Assembly (NCBI GenBank): GCA_042408215.1
Contig: JAYFMW010000028.1
Location: 192,001-256,000, forward strand
Direction: 5' to 3'
Source of the DNA: Microcoleus sp.
GTDB taxonomy: Bacteria > Cyanobacteriota > Cyanobacteriia > Cyanobacteriales > Microcoleaceae
Length of the DNA: 64,000 bases
The position numbers were made by a program, and so were the translations under genes. Below the pieces are notes generated by a model that was not told where the DNA came from, ran no database searches, and worked only from the letters and a program-made list of their open reading frames with translations. Each line of letters begins with the position of its first letter. Position 1 is the stretch's first letter. This document shows, piece by piece, positions 48,753 through 59,203 of this stretch.

Positions 48753-49247
48753 TTAATGATGAATTTCTAAATTCAAAATATAGCAACCGAGTTGCACTTT
48801 TTCCGACCACAGCTCATATTCTAACCGCAGGTGTCCTGGTTCTGGCTGTCCTGTCAGCGTTAATTGGCGGGTGAAATTGCGGAGTCGCAATTGTGCAGGA
48901 GTCGCCAGTGAATCGCCCTGAAGCCAATAACGACTCAGACCGTACATTCCTCGCTCCCATCCGTGGCGGTAACTGTATTTGCCGTTTCCTTGCATGGTCA
49001 TCACTACTCTATATGGCGAAACTTCTAGCCACAATAACCTGGGTTTTGTAACAGTTGGCAAGATGGCCACTTGCTCGTCAGATTCCTCGGGAAATTCGCG
49101 CTCTAAAATTGCTGGTTCGTGCAATAGCAAGTGAAAGCGATCGCGGTCTTTTTGATACAGTGTACCAGCGGTTTCAACCACTGACCACATGGGTAAATCT
49201 GTGGATACCAGCGATAGACTTACAGGCTTGCGGTGATGCGTTAGCAT
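48753..49247 (-). CDS. Conserved hypothetical protein
   Basis: MLTHHRKP start; the longer ORF-track N-terminus runs through STRR. Confidence 0.7.
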   Translation of the reverse strand: MLTHHRKPVSLSLVSTDLPMWSVVETAGTLYQKDRDRFHLLLHEPAILEREFPEESDEQVAILPTVTKPRLLWLEVSPYRVVMTMQGNGKYSYRHGWERGMYGLSRYWLQGDSLATPAQLRLRNFTRQLTLTGQPEPGHLRLEYELWSEKVQLGCYILNLEIHH

Positions 49248-49469
49248 AAGAAAAAATTTATGATTGGTCCGGTGATTTGAAATTTGAGATTTGAGATTTG
49301 AGATTTGAGATGGGCTGGCTTCCCAATTCAGGAACTTTTGCCTCAAAAATGAAAAATCTATAATCGGCGATCGAACATCTTCAATTGTTCGATCGTCAGT
49401 CAACACTCAAAAACTTGCGAACAACTGACAGCAGCATATATAACTTACCCAGATACAGGGATAACATTT

Positions 49470-50808
49470 TTGACATTCTCACCGGGCTGAAGCCACGGTG
49501 ATTCTAAACATCACTGTTTAGGCTTCCTCTTTCGGCGATCCGACTTATTTAAAAGAGTTTCCTCATTCAAACTCTTGTTGATATCTCCAGAGGCGTTTGA
49601 GGTTTCCGTGTGCCCCACGGTACGCAATCCAAGTTCTAATATGTTGCGAGCGGCGTTCCAATCTCGGTCTAAAACGAATCCACAATGTGGACAAATATGT
49701 GTTCTTTGACTTAATGACTTTTTCGCCACTTTCCCACAACTAGAACAATTTTGACTTGTATAGTGTGGCGGTACTGCAACAGTTGCCACCCCAAACACTT
49801 TGCCAAAATATTCAATCCAATTTCTAAAAGCTGTCCAAGCCGCATCTGATATCGACTTGGATAGCTTTTTGTTTTTGACCATGTTACGCACCTGCAAGTC
49901 TTCATAGGCTACCAAGTCGTTAGACTGGACTACGCACCTTGCTAATTTCACAGCAAAGTCTTTACGCCGCCTGCTTACCTTGAGGTGTTTTCTACTTAAA
50001 CGATTTCGAGCCTTAGCTCTATTTTTAGAACCTTTCTGCGTTCGAGAAAGTCTACAATTAAGCTTTTTTAACGATCTTTCGGACTTTCTTAGATGGCGCG
50101 GGTTCTCTACGGTATTACCGTCAGAGTCTGTGTAGAAATGAGTTAGCCCTACATCCAAACCGATTGTTTTTCCGGTCTGCTCCCGCTTTTCGTTTCGTTC
50201 AGCGTCAATACAAAATTGCACGTAGTAGCCATCGGCTCGACGAACTACGCGCACTCGTTTAACTTGACTTAGCTGATAGAAATGTAGGTCACGAGTTCCC
50301 CATAATTTAAAAATTCCGGCTTTAAATCCATCAGTGAAAGTTATATTTCGTCGGTCTTCAGAAAGCTTCCACCCACAGGTCTTGTATTCAACAGAACCGT
50401 GCGTTTCATGCTTTTTGAAGCGCGGAAAACCTTTCTTTCCTGGTTTTGCCTTCTTGCAGTTGTCAAAGAATCGTGCAATCGCTGACCAAGCTCTTTCAGC
50501 AGAAGCTTGCCTTGCCATTGAGTTGAGTTTACTGGCCCAAGGAAATTCTTTGGCAAGAACTACGCAATAAGCGCTTAAGTCGTAGCGACCTACCCCTGGG
50601 GTATCCATCCAGTACCTGATGCAGCTATTACGAATGAAGCGAGCAGTACGAATGGCTTCGTCTAGCCGTTCGTACTGCTCGCTTTTCCCTTCTAGCTTGG
50701 CTTCAAATACTAACATTTACGTCGAGTGAGTGAATATAAAGACTATAACAGAGTTCTGGAGAAATTAAAGCCGTCCTATAAGGACGGGGCTTTAGACCCA
50801 GCTTTTTG
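49470..50808 (-). mobile_element. IS200/IS605-family tnpB-only element with IS608-like ends
   Basis: Minus strand: TTAC|CAAAAAGCTGGGTCTAAAGCCCCGTCC-TTATA-GGACGG left end; GAATCACCGTGGC-TTCA-GCCCGGTGAGAATGTCAA| right end; no tnpA. Confidence 0.9.
49511..50716 (-). CDS. tnpB: RNA-guided endonuclease TnpB
   Basis: RuvC D (GLDVG), E (AYEDL), D (LDRDWNAA) and Zn finger CSSC..CPHC all present. Confidence 0.95.
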   Translation of the reverse strand: MLVFEAKLEGKSEQYERLDEAIRTARFIRNSCIRYWMDTPGVGRYDLSAYCVVLAKEFPWASKLNSMARQASAERAWSAIARFFDNCKKAKPGKKGFPRFKKHETHGSVEYKTCGWKLSEDRRNITFTDGFKAGIFKLWGTRDLHFYQLSQVKRVRVVRRADGYYVQFCIDAERNEKREQTGKTIGLDVGLTHFYTDSDGNTVENPRHLRKSERSLKKLNCRLSRTQKGSKNRAKARNRLSRKHLKVSRRRKDFAVKLARCVVQSNDLVAYEDLQVRNMVKNKKLSKSISDAAWTAFRNWIEYFGKVFGVATVAVPPHYTSQNCSSCGKVAKKSLSQRTHICPHCGFVLDRDWNAARNILELGLRTVGHTETSNASGDINKSLNEETLLNKSDRRKRKPKQ

Positions 50809-51021
50809 GTAAATTTATAGTAAGATTATTGTGATTTCTATACATTTACGATCGATCTCTGGTACTGGTTACAACTGACAACTGACTGTCAGAGCCGGTT
50901 TAATTAGCCTTTGAGTTAACCGCAGACATTTTGAAAAAATCCGCCCCCATAACAAAAATAACTGACTTGGGACTGGGAAAACGGTAGGATAACTAACGCT
51001 GTCCCATCCCAGTTTATCTCA

Positions 51022-52377
51022 ATGCAAGCTGCCATCCTCACTACTACGCAAATCGGCGAAAGTCAAACTTTAACAATTCAAAAACCAGCCTCGGGTTTGT
51101 CCCTGACCGGGAGGATTCGCGTTCCCGGCGACAAGTCGATTTCTCACCGAGCTTTGATGTTAGGCGCGATCGCCAGCGGTGAAACCACCATTGAAGGACT
51201 GCTCTTGGGAGAAGACCCCCGCAGCACCGCTAAATGTTTCTCCCTGATGGGAGCCCAAATTTCCGAACTCAATGCCGAACGGGTCACAGTCCGAGGTGTC
51301 GGAATTGGCCAGTTAGAGGAGCCTATCGAAGTCTTGGACGCGGGTAATTCCGGCACAACGATGCGGCTGATGTTGGGGATTTTAGCCTCTCATCCGGGGC
51401 GTTTTTTTGCGGTAACGGGGGACAGTTCCCTGCGATCGCGCCCCATGTCCCGCGTCATTAAACCCCTGCAACAAATGGGAGCGCAAATTTGGGGGCGGCG
51501 GGCTAATTCTTTAGCTCCTTTAGCCGTACTTGGACAGCAGTTAAAAGGGATTCACTACCATTCTCCGATCGCCTCAGCTCAAGTTAAATCTTGCATTCTG
51601 CTGGCCGGCTTGATGGCCCAGGGAGAAACTACAGTTACAGAACCCGCTCTGTCGCGGGATCACAGCGAACGGATGCTGCGAGCCTTTGGAGCCCAATTGA
51701 CCGTCGATCCCTACACTCGCAGCGTCACAGTTACCGGCCCGGCCCAACTGCAAGGGCAGAATGTCATCGTACCAGGAGATATCAGTTCCGCAGCGTTTTG
51801 GTTAGTTGCTGCTGCGATCGTCCCCGGTTCGGAGTTAGTAGTGGAAAACGTCGGTGTCAACCCAACTCGTACAGGCATTTTGGCAGCTTTGGAAATGATG
51901 GGCGCCGACATTCAACTACAAAATCAGCGACTGGCTGCTGGGGAACCAGTCGCCGATATTTTAGTCAGGAATTCCTCCCAGTTGCGGGGATGCACCATTG
52001 CTGGCGACTTAATTCCCCGACTGATTGACGAAATCCCGATTTTGGCAGTAGCTGCGACATTCGCGTCCGGTACTACCATAATTCGAGATGCGGCTGAGTT
52101 ACGAGTCAAAGAGAGCGATCGGCTAGCTGTAACTGCTGCGGAACTCAACCGCATGGGAGCCCAAATTACCGAGTTACCCGACGGTTTGGAAATTACCGGG
52201 GGAACTCCTTTAACCGGCACTGATGTTGACAGCTACACTGACCACAGAATAGCTATGAGTTTAGCGATCGCAGCCCTCAATGCGATCGGCACAACCACCA
52301 TTCACCGCGCCGAAGCCGCTGCCATTTCCTACCCCGACTTTACCGCCACTTTGCAACAAGTTTGTCATCAAAATTAA
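51022..52377 (+). CDS. aroA: 3-phosphoshikimate 1-carboxyvinyltransferase
   Basis: [34 protein letters not shown]. Confidence 0.98.
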   Translation: MQAAILTTTQIGESQTLTIQKPASGLSLTGRIRVPGDKSISHRALMLGAIASGETTIEGLLLGEDPRSTAKCFSLMGAQISELNAERVTVRGVGIGQLEEPIEVLDAGNSGTTMRLMLGILASHPGRFFAVTGDSSLRSRPMSRVIKPLQQMGAQIWGRRANSLAPLAVLGQQLKGIHYHSPIASAQVKSCILLAGLMAQGETTVTEPALSRDHSERMLRAFGAQLTVDPYTRSVTVTGPAQLQGQNVIVPGDISSAAFWLVAAAIVPGSELVVENVGVNPTRTGILAALEMMGADIQLQNQRLAAGEPVADILVRNSSQLRGCTIAGDLIPRLIDEIPILAVAATFASGTTIIRDAAELRVKESDRLAVTAAELNRMGAQITELPDGLEITGGTPLTGTDVDSYTDHRIAMSLAIAALNAIGTTTIHRAEAAAISYPDFTATLQQVCHQN

Positions 52378-52489
52378 GAGACAGAGAGGGCCTTGGGCCT
52401 TGGGCCTTGGGCCTTGGGCCTTGGTAGAAAATAACTAATGACTACTGACCACTGACTAATGACTAATGACCAATGACTAATGACTTCTT

Positions 52490-52921
52490 CTAAGAATCTT
52501 TGCCCACAACTTGTTCTTTTAAAGATTCAATTTCCGCCAATAACTCTTGGCGATTAGAAGCTTTCAGCATATAACGGTAAACAAACCAGCCAGTATATCC
52601 AATGCCGATCAACTCAAAAATTGGGGCTGCCAAAGGTACATCGTTAAGGGCATCGAGCACCCCTAGCGTCACCTTAATAGTAATGCCGCCAGCCAGGATT
52701 AAACCAACAGTTACGATCGGCTTTTGATATTCTGCAAAAAAATTCGATACATAGGTCGGCAGTTCCGACAGAATTGTCACAACTTGGTCTTTAATATCTT
52801 GGAACTGGTCTGTCGGTGTCTCTGTGGTTGTCACTGTAGTTATCACCCCCGGTTTGTCAGTCACCATGTCTATTTTGGTGATTTCAGTTATTGTTTCGTC
52901 AGAAAAGTTAGCCTGTGTCAT
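52490..52921 (-). CDS. CAAD (CURT1-like) domain protein
   Basis: LDALNDVPLAAPIFELIGIGYTGWFVYRY..RQEL. Confidence 0.9.
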   Translation of the reverse strand: MTQANFSDETITEITKIDMVTDKPGVITTVTTTETPTDQFQDIKDQVVTILSELPTYVSNFFAEYQKPIVTVGLILAGGITIKVTLGVLDALNDVPLAAPIFELIGIGYTGWFVYRYMLKASNRQELLAEIESLKEQVVGKDS

Positions 52922-53161
52922 TTGATCCTTCCTCACTCTTAATAGTTTTGATTTTTCAGTTTTGAGTGCCTGAGTTTTGAGTTTAAATCCCCATCGCTAC
53001 AGCTAGGGTATTGAATATGATAGACAGTCTGGGAATTGCTCACCGTCTAATTCTCCCGAAATTAGCAGACACTCCACACTTCCCGGACTAATTTAGCAGA
53101 CTAAAGCAGATCTGCACAAATTGTCACCCAAACTAACTATCTAATCTGATTTTAAACAATT

Positions 53162-53545
53162 GCGATCGCGGTTGTAGGCAGGAGTGGATTTTGCGGTTGA
53201 GGGACAAAATCATCGCGACTGCGTGTGAGGCCACGGAGAAGGGAGAATCAGCGGGAACTCGCAGCAGAGTTAGGTCTAAATCCCTCGCTGCTGCTAAATC
53301 GACGTGATTGAATCCGGCGGTTCTCATGGCTAGTAACCGAATGCCGTTTTGGGCGATCGCCAACAGTGTTTTCGCGTCTAGCCGATCGTTGACGAAGACC
53401 CAGGCGGCGGTCAATCCAGCAGCCAAAACCCTGGTTTCCAGGTTCAGGCGCGGTTCAAAAAAACCAAGTCCTGTGTGCGATCGACATTCGCTGCTTCCAG
53501 AAATGTGCGATCGTAGAATTTGGTACTGAATACGGCTACCTGCAT
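53162..53545 (-). pseudogene. ldhA: Truncated, frameshifted D-lactate/2-hydroxyacid dehydrogenase
   Basis: MQVAVFSTKFYDRTFLEAAN.. from ATG 53545, frameshift in the T7 run (53457-53463), then FEPRL..FVNDRLD..AGFNHVDL..LSLNRKIH; similarity ends at GCGATCGC 53162-53169. Confidence 0.85.
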
Positions 53546-53679
53546 GATTTTTGCCTGCAAATCCAGTAATAGTTGGCAGTTCTTCCCAGCTTAACTCCAA
53601 ACCTTACTTTTTTTAATTAAATTTCTTAAACTAAACTAAGCAGCAATCATTAATCGACCATCACCCAGGAGTTCGCCAA

Positions 53680-54680
53680 ATGCGTAAACAACTCAAAACA
53701 ATCATCTCTGAAATTTTAGAAGTCTCAGACAGCACTAATTTCTACAGCTTCGCAGACGAGCTTATTATTCCTTTTTTAATAGTTTTAAATATAGCAGCTT
53801 TTATTGCTTCCACTTCCTCAAGCTTTTCCCGAGAATACAAACTACTTTTTGAATAGATCGAAATTATTTGCTCTTTGGTCTTCACAATAGAATATGTTTT
53901 GAGGATGTGTGTACCCTCGATCGCAAATACAAGCACCCCATTTGGGGAAGACTTAAATACGCCATCACACCGCCGATCCCGATCGACTTGATTTCTATTT
54001 TACCCTTTTACTTGTTGTTGTTATTTCCCAATTTAAGCTTTGTTCATGTAATTAGCGTGCTGCGCTTATTACGCTTGATAAAAATCAGCAGGTATTCTGA
54101 GTCAGTGCGAACTTTGGGAACAGTATTATACGCTAAAAAAGAGGAATTACTAGCTACCGCTTTTGCCGTTTTTATCTTATTAATTTTTGCATCTAGTCTC
54201 ATGTATTTTGTGGAATCATCAGCCCAGCCTAAAGTTTTTGGGAGCATCCCAGATGCTATGTGGTGGGGAGTTGTGACTCTAACTACTGTCGGTTACGGCG
54301 ATATTTATCCGATCGCTCCTATCGGCCGATTTTTAGGATCTATATTAGCATTTTTGGGCATCGGAATTTTTGCTTTGCCTGCGGGGATAATTTCTTCGGG
54401 TTTTTCGGAGGAATTGCAAAAGAGAAAGCAGCAAAAAACCACTGAAAATTTAGAGCAATATGCAAATAGTCAATCGCTAGAAATGCTGGCGGGGAGGGAG
54501 GTAAGTTTTGAACAGCAGCAAAGGGCGATCGCACTTCACATCGAAAATTCATCCGAATTGATGAAACTTTGCGTCGCTCAGACTAAACAGAATTTGGGAA
54601 CTGCTTTTGAAAGTGAAGAAATCCTTCGCGATTTCGCAATTCACTTGTATAATGAAGCCTGTCGCAAATTCGATATCTAA
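53680..54680 (+). pseudogene. Voltage-gated K+ channel-like ion transporter with an in-frame stop and a frameshift
   Basis: ATG 53680 MRKQLKTIISEILE.., TAG at 53854-53856, FTIEYVLR then frameshift near 53908; RLLRLIK S4 and TTVGYGD filter downstream. Confidence 0.85.
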
Positions 54681-54772
54681 TTACAAGCGACAGTCAAGTT
54701 TGAACAAATTCTTGTCGGGTGTCCCGCCCGCCCCAAAAATACAAGTTAGATGCGGGACAGCTTAATAACTAA

Positions 54773-55507
54773 TTACCAATCTGGCGGCAAATTGTAATAT
54801 TCGAGAGTCGATCGATCTTTCAGCAATTCTTGAGTTTGCTCATCGACCCGAATCTCACCCTCAGCCAAAATTAACGCCCTTTGAGTCGTTTTCCCAATCC
54901 AATTCAAGTCATGGGAAGCAATCAAAATTATCTCGATCGGCAATTGCGACAAAACCTTAGCCAAATGCCTGCGCCACGAGGGATCTAGTCCATTTGTCGG
55001 CTCATCCAAAATCAAAATTGCCGGCTCTAATGCTAAAATAGCCGCTAGCGCTGCTAACCTTCTCTGACCCCCAGAAAGTTCGTGGGCCGAACGGTTGGCA
55101 AATTCGACTAAACCAAATTCTGCTAAAAGAGACAAAGAGCGATCGCGCGCCACTCCCAGCGGCACCCCATAATTGCGCGGCCCGAACATGACATCCTCTA
55201 AAATAGTTGGCATAAATAGCTGATCGTTAGCATCTTGAAAGCAAAATCCAATCTGCCTCCTTACTTCCGATAAATTCCCCTGTTCCAACTTTTTTCCCTG
55301 CACTCTAATCTCCCCAGATAGAGGCATTTTTAAGCCAATTAAGTTTTCTAGCAAAGTGCTTTTTCCCGCCCCTGTCAAGCCGAGTAGAGCAACTCGTTCT
55401 CCCGGTTGTAAGGTAAAGGAAATTCCAGCCAATACTGGTTGTTGCTGCGGATAGCCGAATACTAAGTCTTGCACTTCGATTGTTGGCACTGATTGGAGAT
55501 TAGTCAT
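54773..55507 (-). CDS. cbiO: ECF transporter ATPase (CbiO/NikO)
   Basis: GLTGAGKST, FQDANDQLFMPT, LSGGQ, ILDEPT. Confidence 0.9.
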   Translation of the reverse strand: MTNLQSVPTIEVQDLVFGYPQQQPVLAGISFTLQPGERVALLGLTGAGKSTLLENLIGLKMPLSGEIRVQGKKLEQGNLSEVRRQIGFCFQDANDQLFMPTILEDVMFGPRNYGVPLGVARDRSLSLLAEFGLVEFANRSAHELSGGQRRLAALAAILALEPAILILDEPTNGLDPSWRRHLAKVLSQLPIEIILIASHDLNWIGKTTQRALILAEGEIRVDEQTQELLKDRSTLEYYNLPPDW

Positions 55508-55673
55508 CCGATTTTAGATTATAGATTTGAGATTATTCAAGAATTGCGACCGCGAATCAATCCCTTCCCAGGTCGAACGGACGCTACCCTACTGCCCTGG
55601 CTGTTGCTCTAGTCAGGGAAATTTTACTTGATTGAAATAAAAAAAAATCGCCATTTTTTTTAGGGTTAAACCC

Positions 55674-55788
55674 TTGACTCTCAGGATTTAATCAAGTACA
55701 ATCTAATAATGGGAGTGGTGGCATTTTTTTTATTTGTGCCACCACTCCCATTATCTAAAATATACCACAAAAAATCCACCAACGTCAA
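55674..55788. promoter_or_regulatory. Face-to-face sigma70-like promoters flanking an 18-bp perfect inverted repeat (repeated at +533 and +1066)
   Basis: Plus: TTGACT(55674)-N17-TACAAT(55697); minus: TTGACG-N18-TATATT with extended TG; IR ATAATGGGAGTGGTGGCA 55706-55723 / 55737-55754. Confidence 0.65.
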
Positions 55789-56961
55789 TAGGTAATCCTG
55801 CTTTTTTTGGGCCACAGATCAACGCAGCTCAACACTTCGGAAATTGCATCCGCGTTCATCCGCTGAGATCTGCGGTAAAAAACTCCCAATCCAACTATAG
55901 CACTCGCCCCATAGGTGAGGACAAATTCTGGTAGGGAGGGCACTGCTATCATCTTAGGAGAAATTTGGGTTCAGCAGTCAGTTCTGATGAGTTATTTGTT
56001 ATTCTCAAATTTACCAGCACCAATAACTAATAACTAATAACTAATAACTAATTTGAGATTTGAGATTATTCAAGAATTGCGACCGCGAATCAATCCCTTC
56101 CCAGGTCGAACGGACGCTACCCTACTGCCCTGGCTGTTGCTCTAGTCAGGGAAATTTTACTTGATTGAAATAAAAAAAAATCGCCATTTTTTTTAGGGTT
56201 AAACCCTTGACTCTCAGGATTTAATCAAGTACAATCTAATAATGGGAGTGGTGGCATTTTTTTTATTTGTGCCACCACTCCCATTATCTAAAATATACCA
56301 CAAAAAATCCACCAAAGTCAATAGGTAATCCTGCTTTTTTTGGGCCGCAGATCAACGCGGATCAACACTTCGGAAATTGCATCCGCGTTCATCCGCTGAG
56401 ATCTGCGGTAAAAAACTCCCAATCCAACTATAGCACTCGCCCCATAGGTGAGGACAAATTCTGGTAGGGAGGGCACTGCTATCATCTTAGGAGAAATTTG
56501 GGTTCAGCAGTCAGTTCTGATGAGTTATTTGTTATTCTCAAATTTACCAGCACCAATAACTAATAACTAATAACTAATAACTAATTTGAGATTTGAGATT
56601 ATTGCAGAATTGCGACCGCGAATCAATCCCTTCCCAGGTCGAACGGACGTTACCCTACTGCCCTGGCTGTTGCTCTAGTCAGGGAAATTTTACTTGATTG
56701 AAATAAAAAAAAATCGCCATTTTTTTTAGGGTTAAACCCTTGACTCTCAGGATTTAATCAAGTACAATCTAATAATGGGAGTGGTGGCATTTTTTTTATT
56801 TGTGCCACCACTCCCATTATCTAAAATATACCACAAAAAATCCACCAACGTCAATAGGTAATCCTGCTTTTTTTGGGCCACAGATCAACGCAGCTCAACA
56901 CTTCGGAAATTGCATCCGCGTTCATCCGCTGAGATCTGCGGTAAAAAACTCCCAATCCAAC

Positions 56962-57094
56962 TATAGCACTCGCCCCATAGGTGAGGACAAATTCTGGTAG
57001 GGAGGGCACTGCTATCATCTTAGCAGAAATATCGTCACAGCAGCGCCCACTCTACTGCTGTTACTATCTCTTAACTGCCCAGGCGGTTGCTATA
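56962..57094. mobile_element. TA-bounded MITE, complete only in repeat copy 3
   Basis: TATAGCACTCGCC..GGCGGTTGCTATA imperfect TIRs. Confidence 0.6.
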
Positions 57095-57101
57095 GAATTC
57101 A

Positions 57102-57205
57102 TACCAAATCCGCTGACCTAACCCCCCCTTTTTAATAAACCGCGAAGACGCGAAGGACACAAAGAAGAGGAGGAAGATCAGGGGGGTGTAGAGCCGGATT
57201 TGATA
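57102..57205. mobile_element. TA-bounded MITE-like element
   Basis: TACCAAATCCG..CGGATTTGATA TIRs around an AACCGCGAAGACGCGAAGG core. Confidence 0.6.
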
Positions 57206-57286
57206 TCAGAAGTCAGTTGTTATTAGTTATTTGTTATTATCTCATTTACCAGCACCAATAACTAATAACCAATAACCAATAACCCA

Positions 57287-57943
57287 TTACAATTTACCAT
57301 AAGAAGCTATGGTTAATCCGGCAGCCATTAACATTGTTACTGTCAGCCAGAGTCGCTCTTTTGGTGTCGATTTTGAGTCGTTCGGCAAACTTCCTTGATA
57401 GCCGCGAATTAGCATGGCTGCATGAACTCTCTCAGCCCGATCGAGACTTCGCAAATAAAGCGCTCCGATCATGGAAGCACTGGCGTATCTCAGCCATCCA
57501 CCCGTACCCGATAAGCCTCGTAGTTGAGCCGATCTTTTCATGCGGCTGACTTCGGCTAGCAAGATTTCTAAGTATTGTCCCGCTAAAAGCACAATCTCTT
57601 GTAAGCCTGCCGGTAGCGGCAATCCTTTGAGGGCTATGCCGAAACTGTGCGGCGGCAAGGTTAGCAGAAAACTGTTCATAATTAGCAGACAAATTAGGGA
57701 ACGTACCAACAGAAAACTCGCACGTTCCCAACCTTGCGGTAGCACTAATAAGGAGAGAAAAATTAATTCTGCTCCTAACAGTTGTACTAAGGTTCGCAGA
57801 GGCGCTCTCAGCCACAATGACCACACAAGTGCGATCGCCCCATAAATTCCCAGCCACAGCCAAGCGCCTGTCTTCATAAAACCAACGCCAATCACAATTG
57901 TGAGAGACAGTCGCAGTCGAAAAGGTATGGAGAATTTAAGCAT
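57287..57943 (-). CDS. cbiQ: ECF transporter T component (CbiQ/NikQ)
   Basis: AQLRG and RSLDRAERVHAAMLIRGY motifs; overlaps the cbiM stop. Confidence 0.9.
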   Translation of the reverse strand: MLKFSIPFRLRLSLTIVIGVGFMKTGAWLWLGIYGAIALVWSLWLRAPLRTLVQLLGAELIFLSLLVLPQGWERASFLLVRSLICLLIMNSFLLTLPPHSFGIALKGLPLPAGLQEIVLLAGQYLEILLAEVSRMKRSAQLRGLSGTGGWLRYASASMIGALYLRSLDRAERVHAAMLIRGYQGSLPNDSKSTPKERLWLTVTMLMAAGLTIASYGKL

Positions 57944-58862
57944 CTTTAGGTTTAACCAACTGAGCAATCCCAAAAGCCGCGCCGAAACTCACAGCCGAGC
58001 CGAAAAGTCCAGCAATGCTAGTACCTATAGGCTGTTCTTCTAATCCTTTAACTTTGTAATCTGCTAAAGGAGAGGGATTCTCGATCGCAGCAGCTTCTTG
58101 ATCTTTAAAACCGTATTTTTCCGCTACCGCTTCTAACCCGTCAGGCCAACTTGAAGCGAACAGCGACAGCACACCACTAATTAATAAAACCCCAATTACT
58201 GGCACTAACCATTTCTGCAATTGTGGCTGTTCTCCTGGTAACAAATCCGGCCGTACTTTGACGAGATAAGTTAAAACACTGCCTGTAATTAGCCCTTCGC
58301 CAAGGCCGATTAAAATATGAACACCTACCATTGCTGGCAATGCAATATTAAGTGCTACTGTTCCAGAAATTGCCAGTTCGATCGCCACACAAATCGAAGC
58401 AGCCACAACACTGAGGGCGGCTGCAATCCCTGCGGCTAAGGGCAAACGATTTCTGGAGCCTCCCAACAGTCGCTGCAATGGCTGCAACAGCCACCAGCCC
58501 ACCCAAATTCCGACTAGCCCCATATTAAAAATATTGGCTCCCAGGGCGGTGATACCCCCATCGGCAAACAAAACGCTCTGAATTATAAAAACCGTACTCA
58601 TCGCCAGAGTTGCCGCCCAAGGGTTCCCTAAAACCACAGATGCTAGCGCGCCTCCTAACAAGTGCCCGCTGGTGCCGCCTGCTACGGGAAAGTTAATCAT
58701 CTGAGCCGCAAACACGAAAGCTGTGGTTAAACCCATGATTGGGGCTTGTCGCAGCCCAAGACTTTCGCGCGTTCGATTCAAGGCAACTGCAATTACTGCT
58801 GCACTTGCTATGCCGGTGGCAATGGCTACGGGCGGTGAAAGAAAGCCATCAGGTATGTGCAT
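57936..58862 (-). CDS. cbiM: ECF S component CbiM/NikM fused to a PDGLE (NikN-like) domain
   Basis: MHIPDGFL metal-binding N-terminus, GTSGHLLG, ADGG; FASSWPDGLE. Confidence 0.92.
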   Translation of the reverse strand: MHIPDGFLSPPVAIATGIASAAVIAVALNRTRESLGLRQAPIMGLTTAFVFAAQMINFPVAGGTSGHLLGGALASVVLGNPWAATLAMSTVFIIQSVLFADGGITALGANIFNMGLVGIWVGWWLLQPLQRLLGGSRNRLPLAAGIAAALSVVAASICVAIELAISGTVALNIALPAMVGVHILIGLGEGLITGSVLTYLVKVRPDLLPGEQPQLQKWLVPVIGVLLISGVLSLFASSWPDGLEAVAEKYGFKDQEAAAIENPSPLADYKVKGLEEQPIGTSIAGLFGSAVSFGAAFGIAQLVKPKDA

Positions 58863-59059
58863 CGATGTATCCTAAACGCGAGAACTCCCAACCCTTTAGT
58901 CAACTCTTTTTTACAAAACTTTACAATCCCCTATGGGGGGATTGACAGAATTTTAGATTTGAGATTTTGGATTTTGGATTGAATAATTCACGCATATCAA
59001 TCGGATACTCACGCTCGGAAGGCTGAATTCAAAAAAAAATCAGTATATTTGGAAATTTT

Positions 59060-59074
59060 TGAGAAGTATTATCA
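59060..59074. promoter_or_regulatory. Candidate Fur box
   Basis: TGAGAAGTATTATCA, 12/14 match to TGATAATnATTATCA. Confidence 0.55.
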
Positions 59075-59188
59075 ATAACTTGCGATCGACCGGGTAGCAA
59101 AATCTAGCAAATGTAAGGTTTAGACAAAAATATTAAAAAAATATAAAGAAATAATTGAAAGCCGATAATTGGTTTTATTCTAAATTAT

Positions 59189-59203
59189 TGATAATTAGTT
59201 GCA
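59189..59203. promoter_or_regulatory. Candidate Fur box
   Basis: TGATAATTAGTTGCA, 11/14 match to TGATAATnATTATCA. Confidence 0.5.

Larger units (their letters stand above)
55524..57285. repeat. 533-bp tandem repeat x3 (starts 55524, 56057, 56590); the third copy is longer
   Basis: Near-identical copies with a few SNPs; copy 3 diverges at about 57023 and rejoins the unit end at about 57210. Confidence 0.97.

Noticed and set aside
55709..55795. Leaderless 28-aa peptide MGVVAFFLFVPPLPLSKIYHKKSTNVNR as a type I toxin with antisense RNA
   Set aside because: The ATG lies at the predicted TSS, but the frame is not conserved in the 63.6-kb relative (16 aa on plus, 3 aa on minus) and the hydrophobic stretch is short; not supportable without Ribo-seq
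55734..57000. Three 66-aa ORFs (MCHHSHY..)
   Set aside because: TTG starts inside the hairpin loop, no RBS, and they run through repeat/MITE sequence; by-products of the triplication
58863..59050. Cobalamin or NiCo riboswitch upstream of cbiM
   Set aside because: No B12-box or matching multi-stem structure seen
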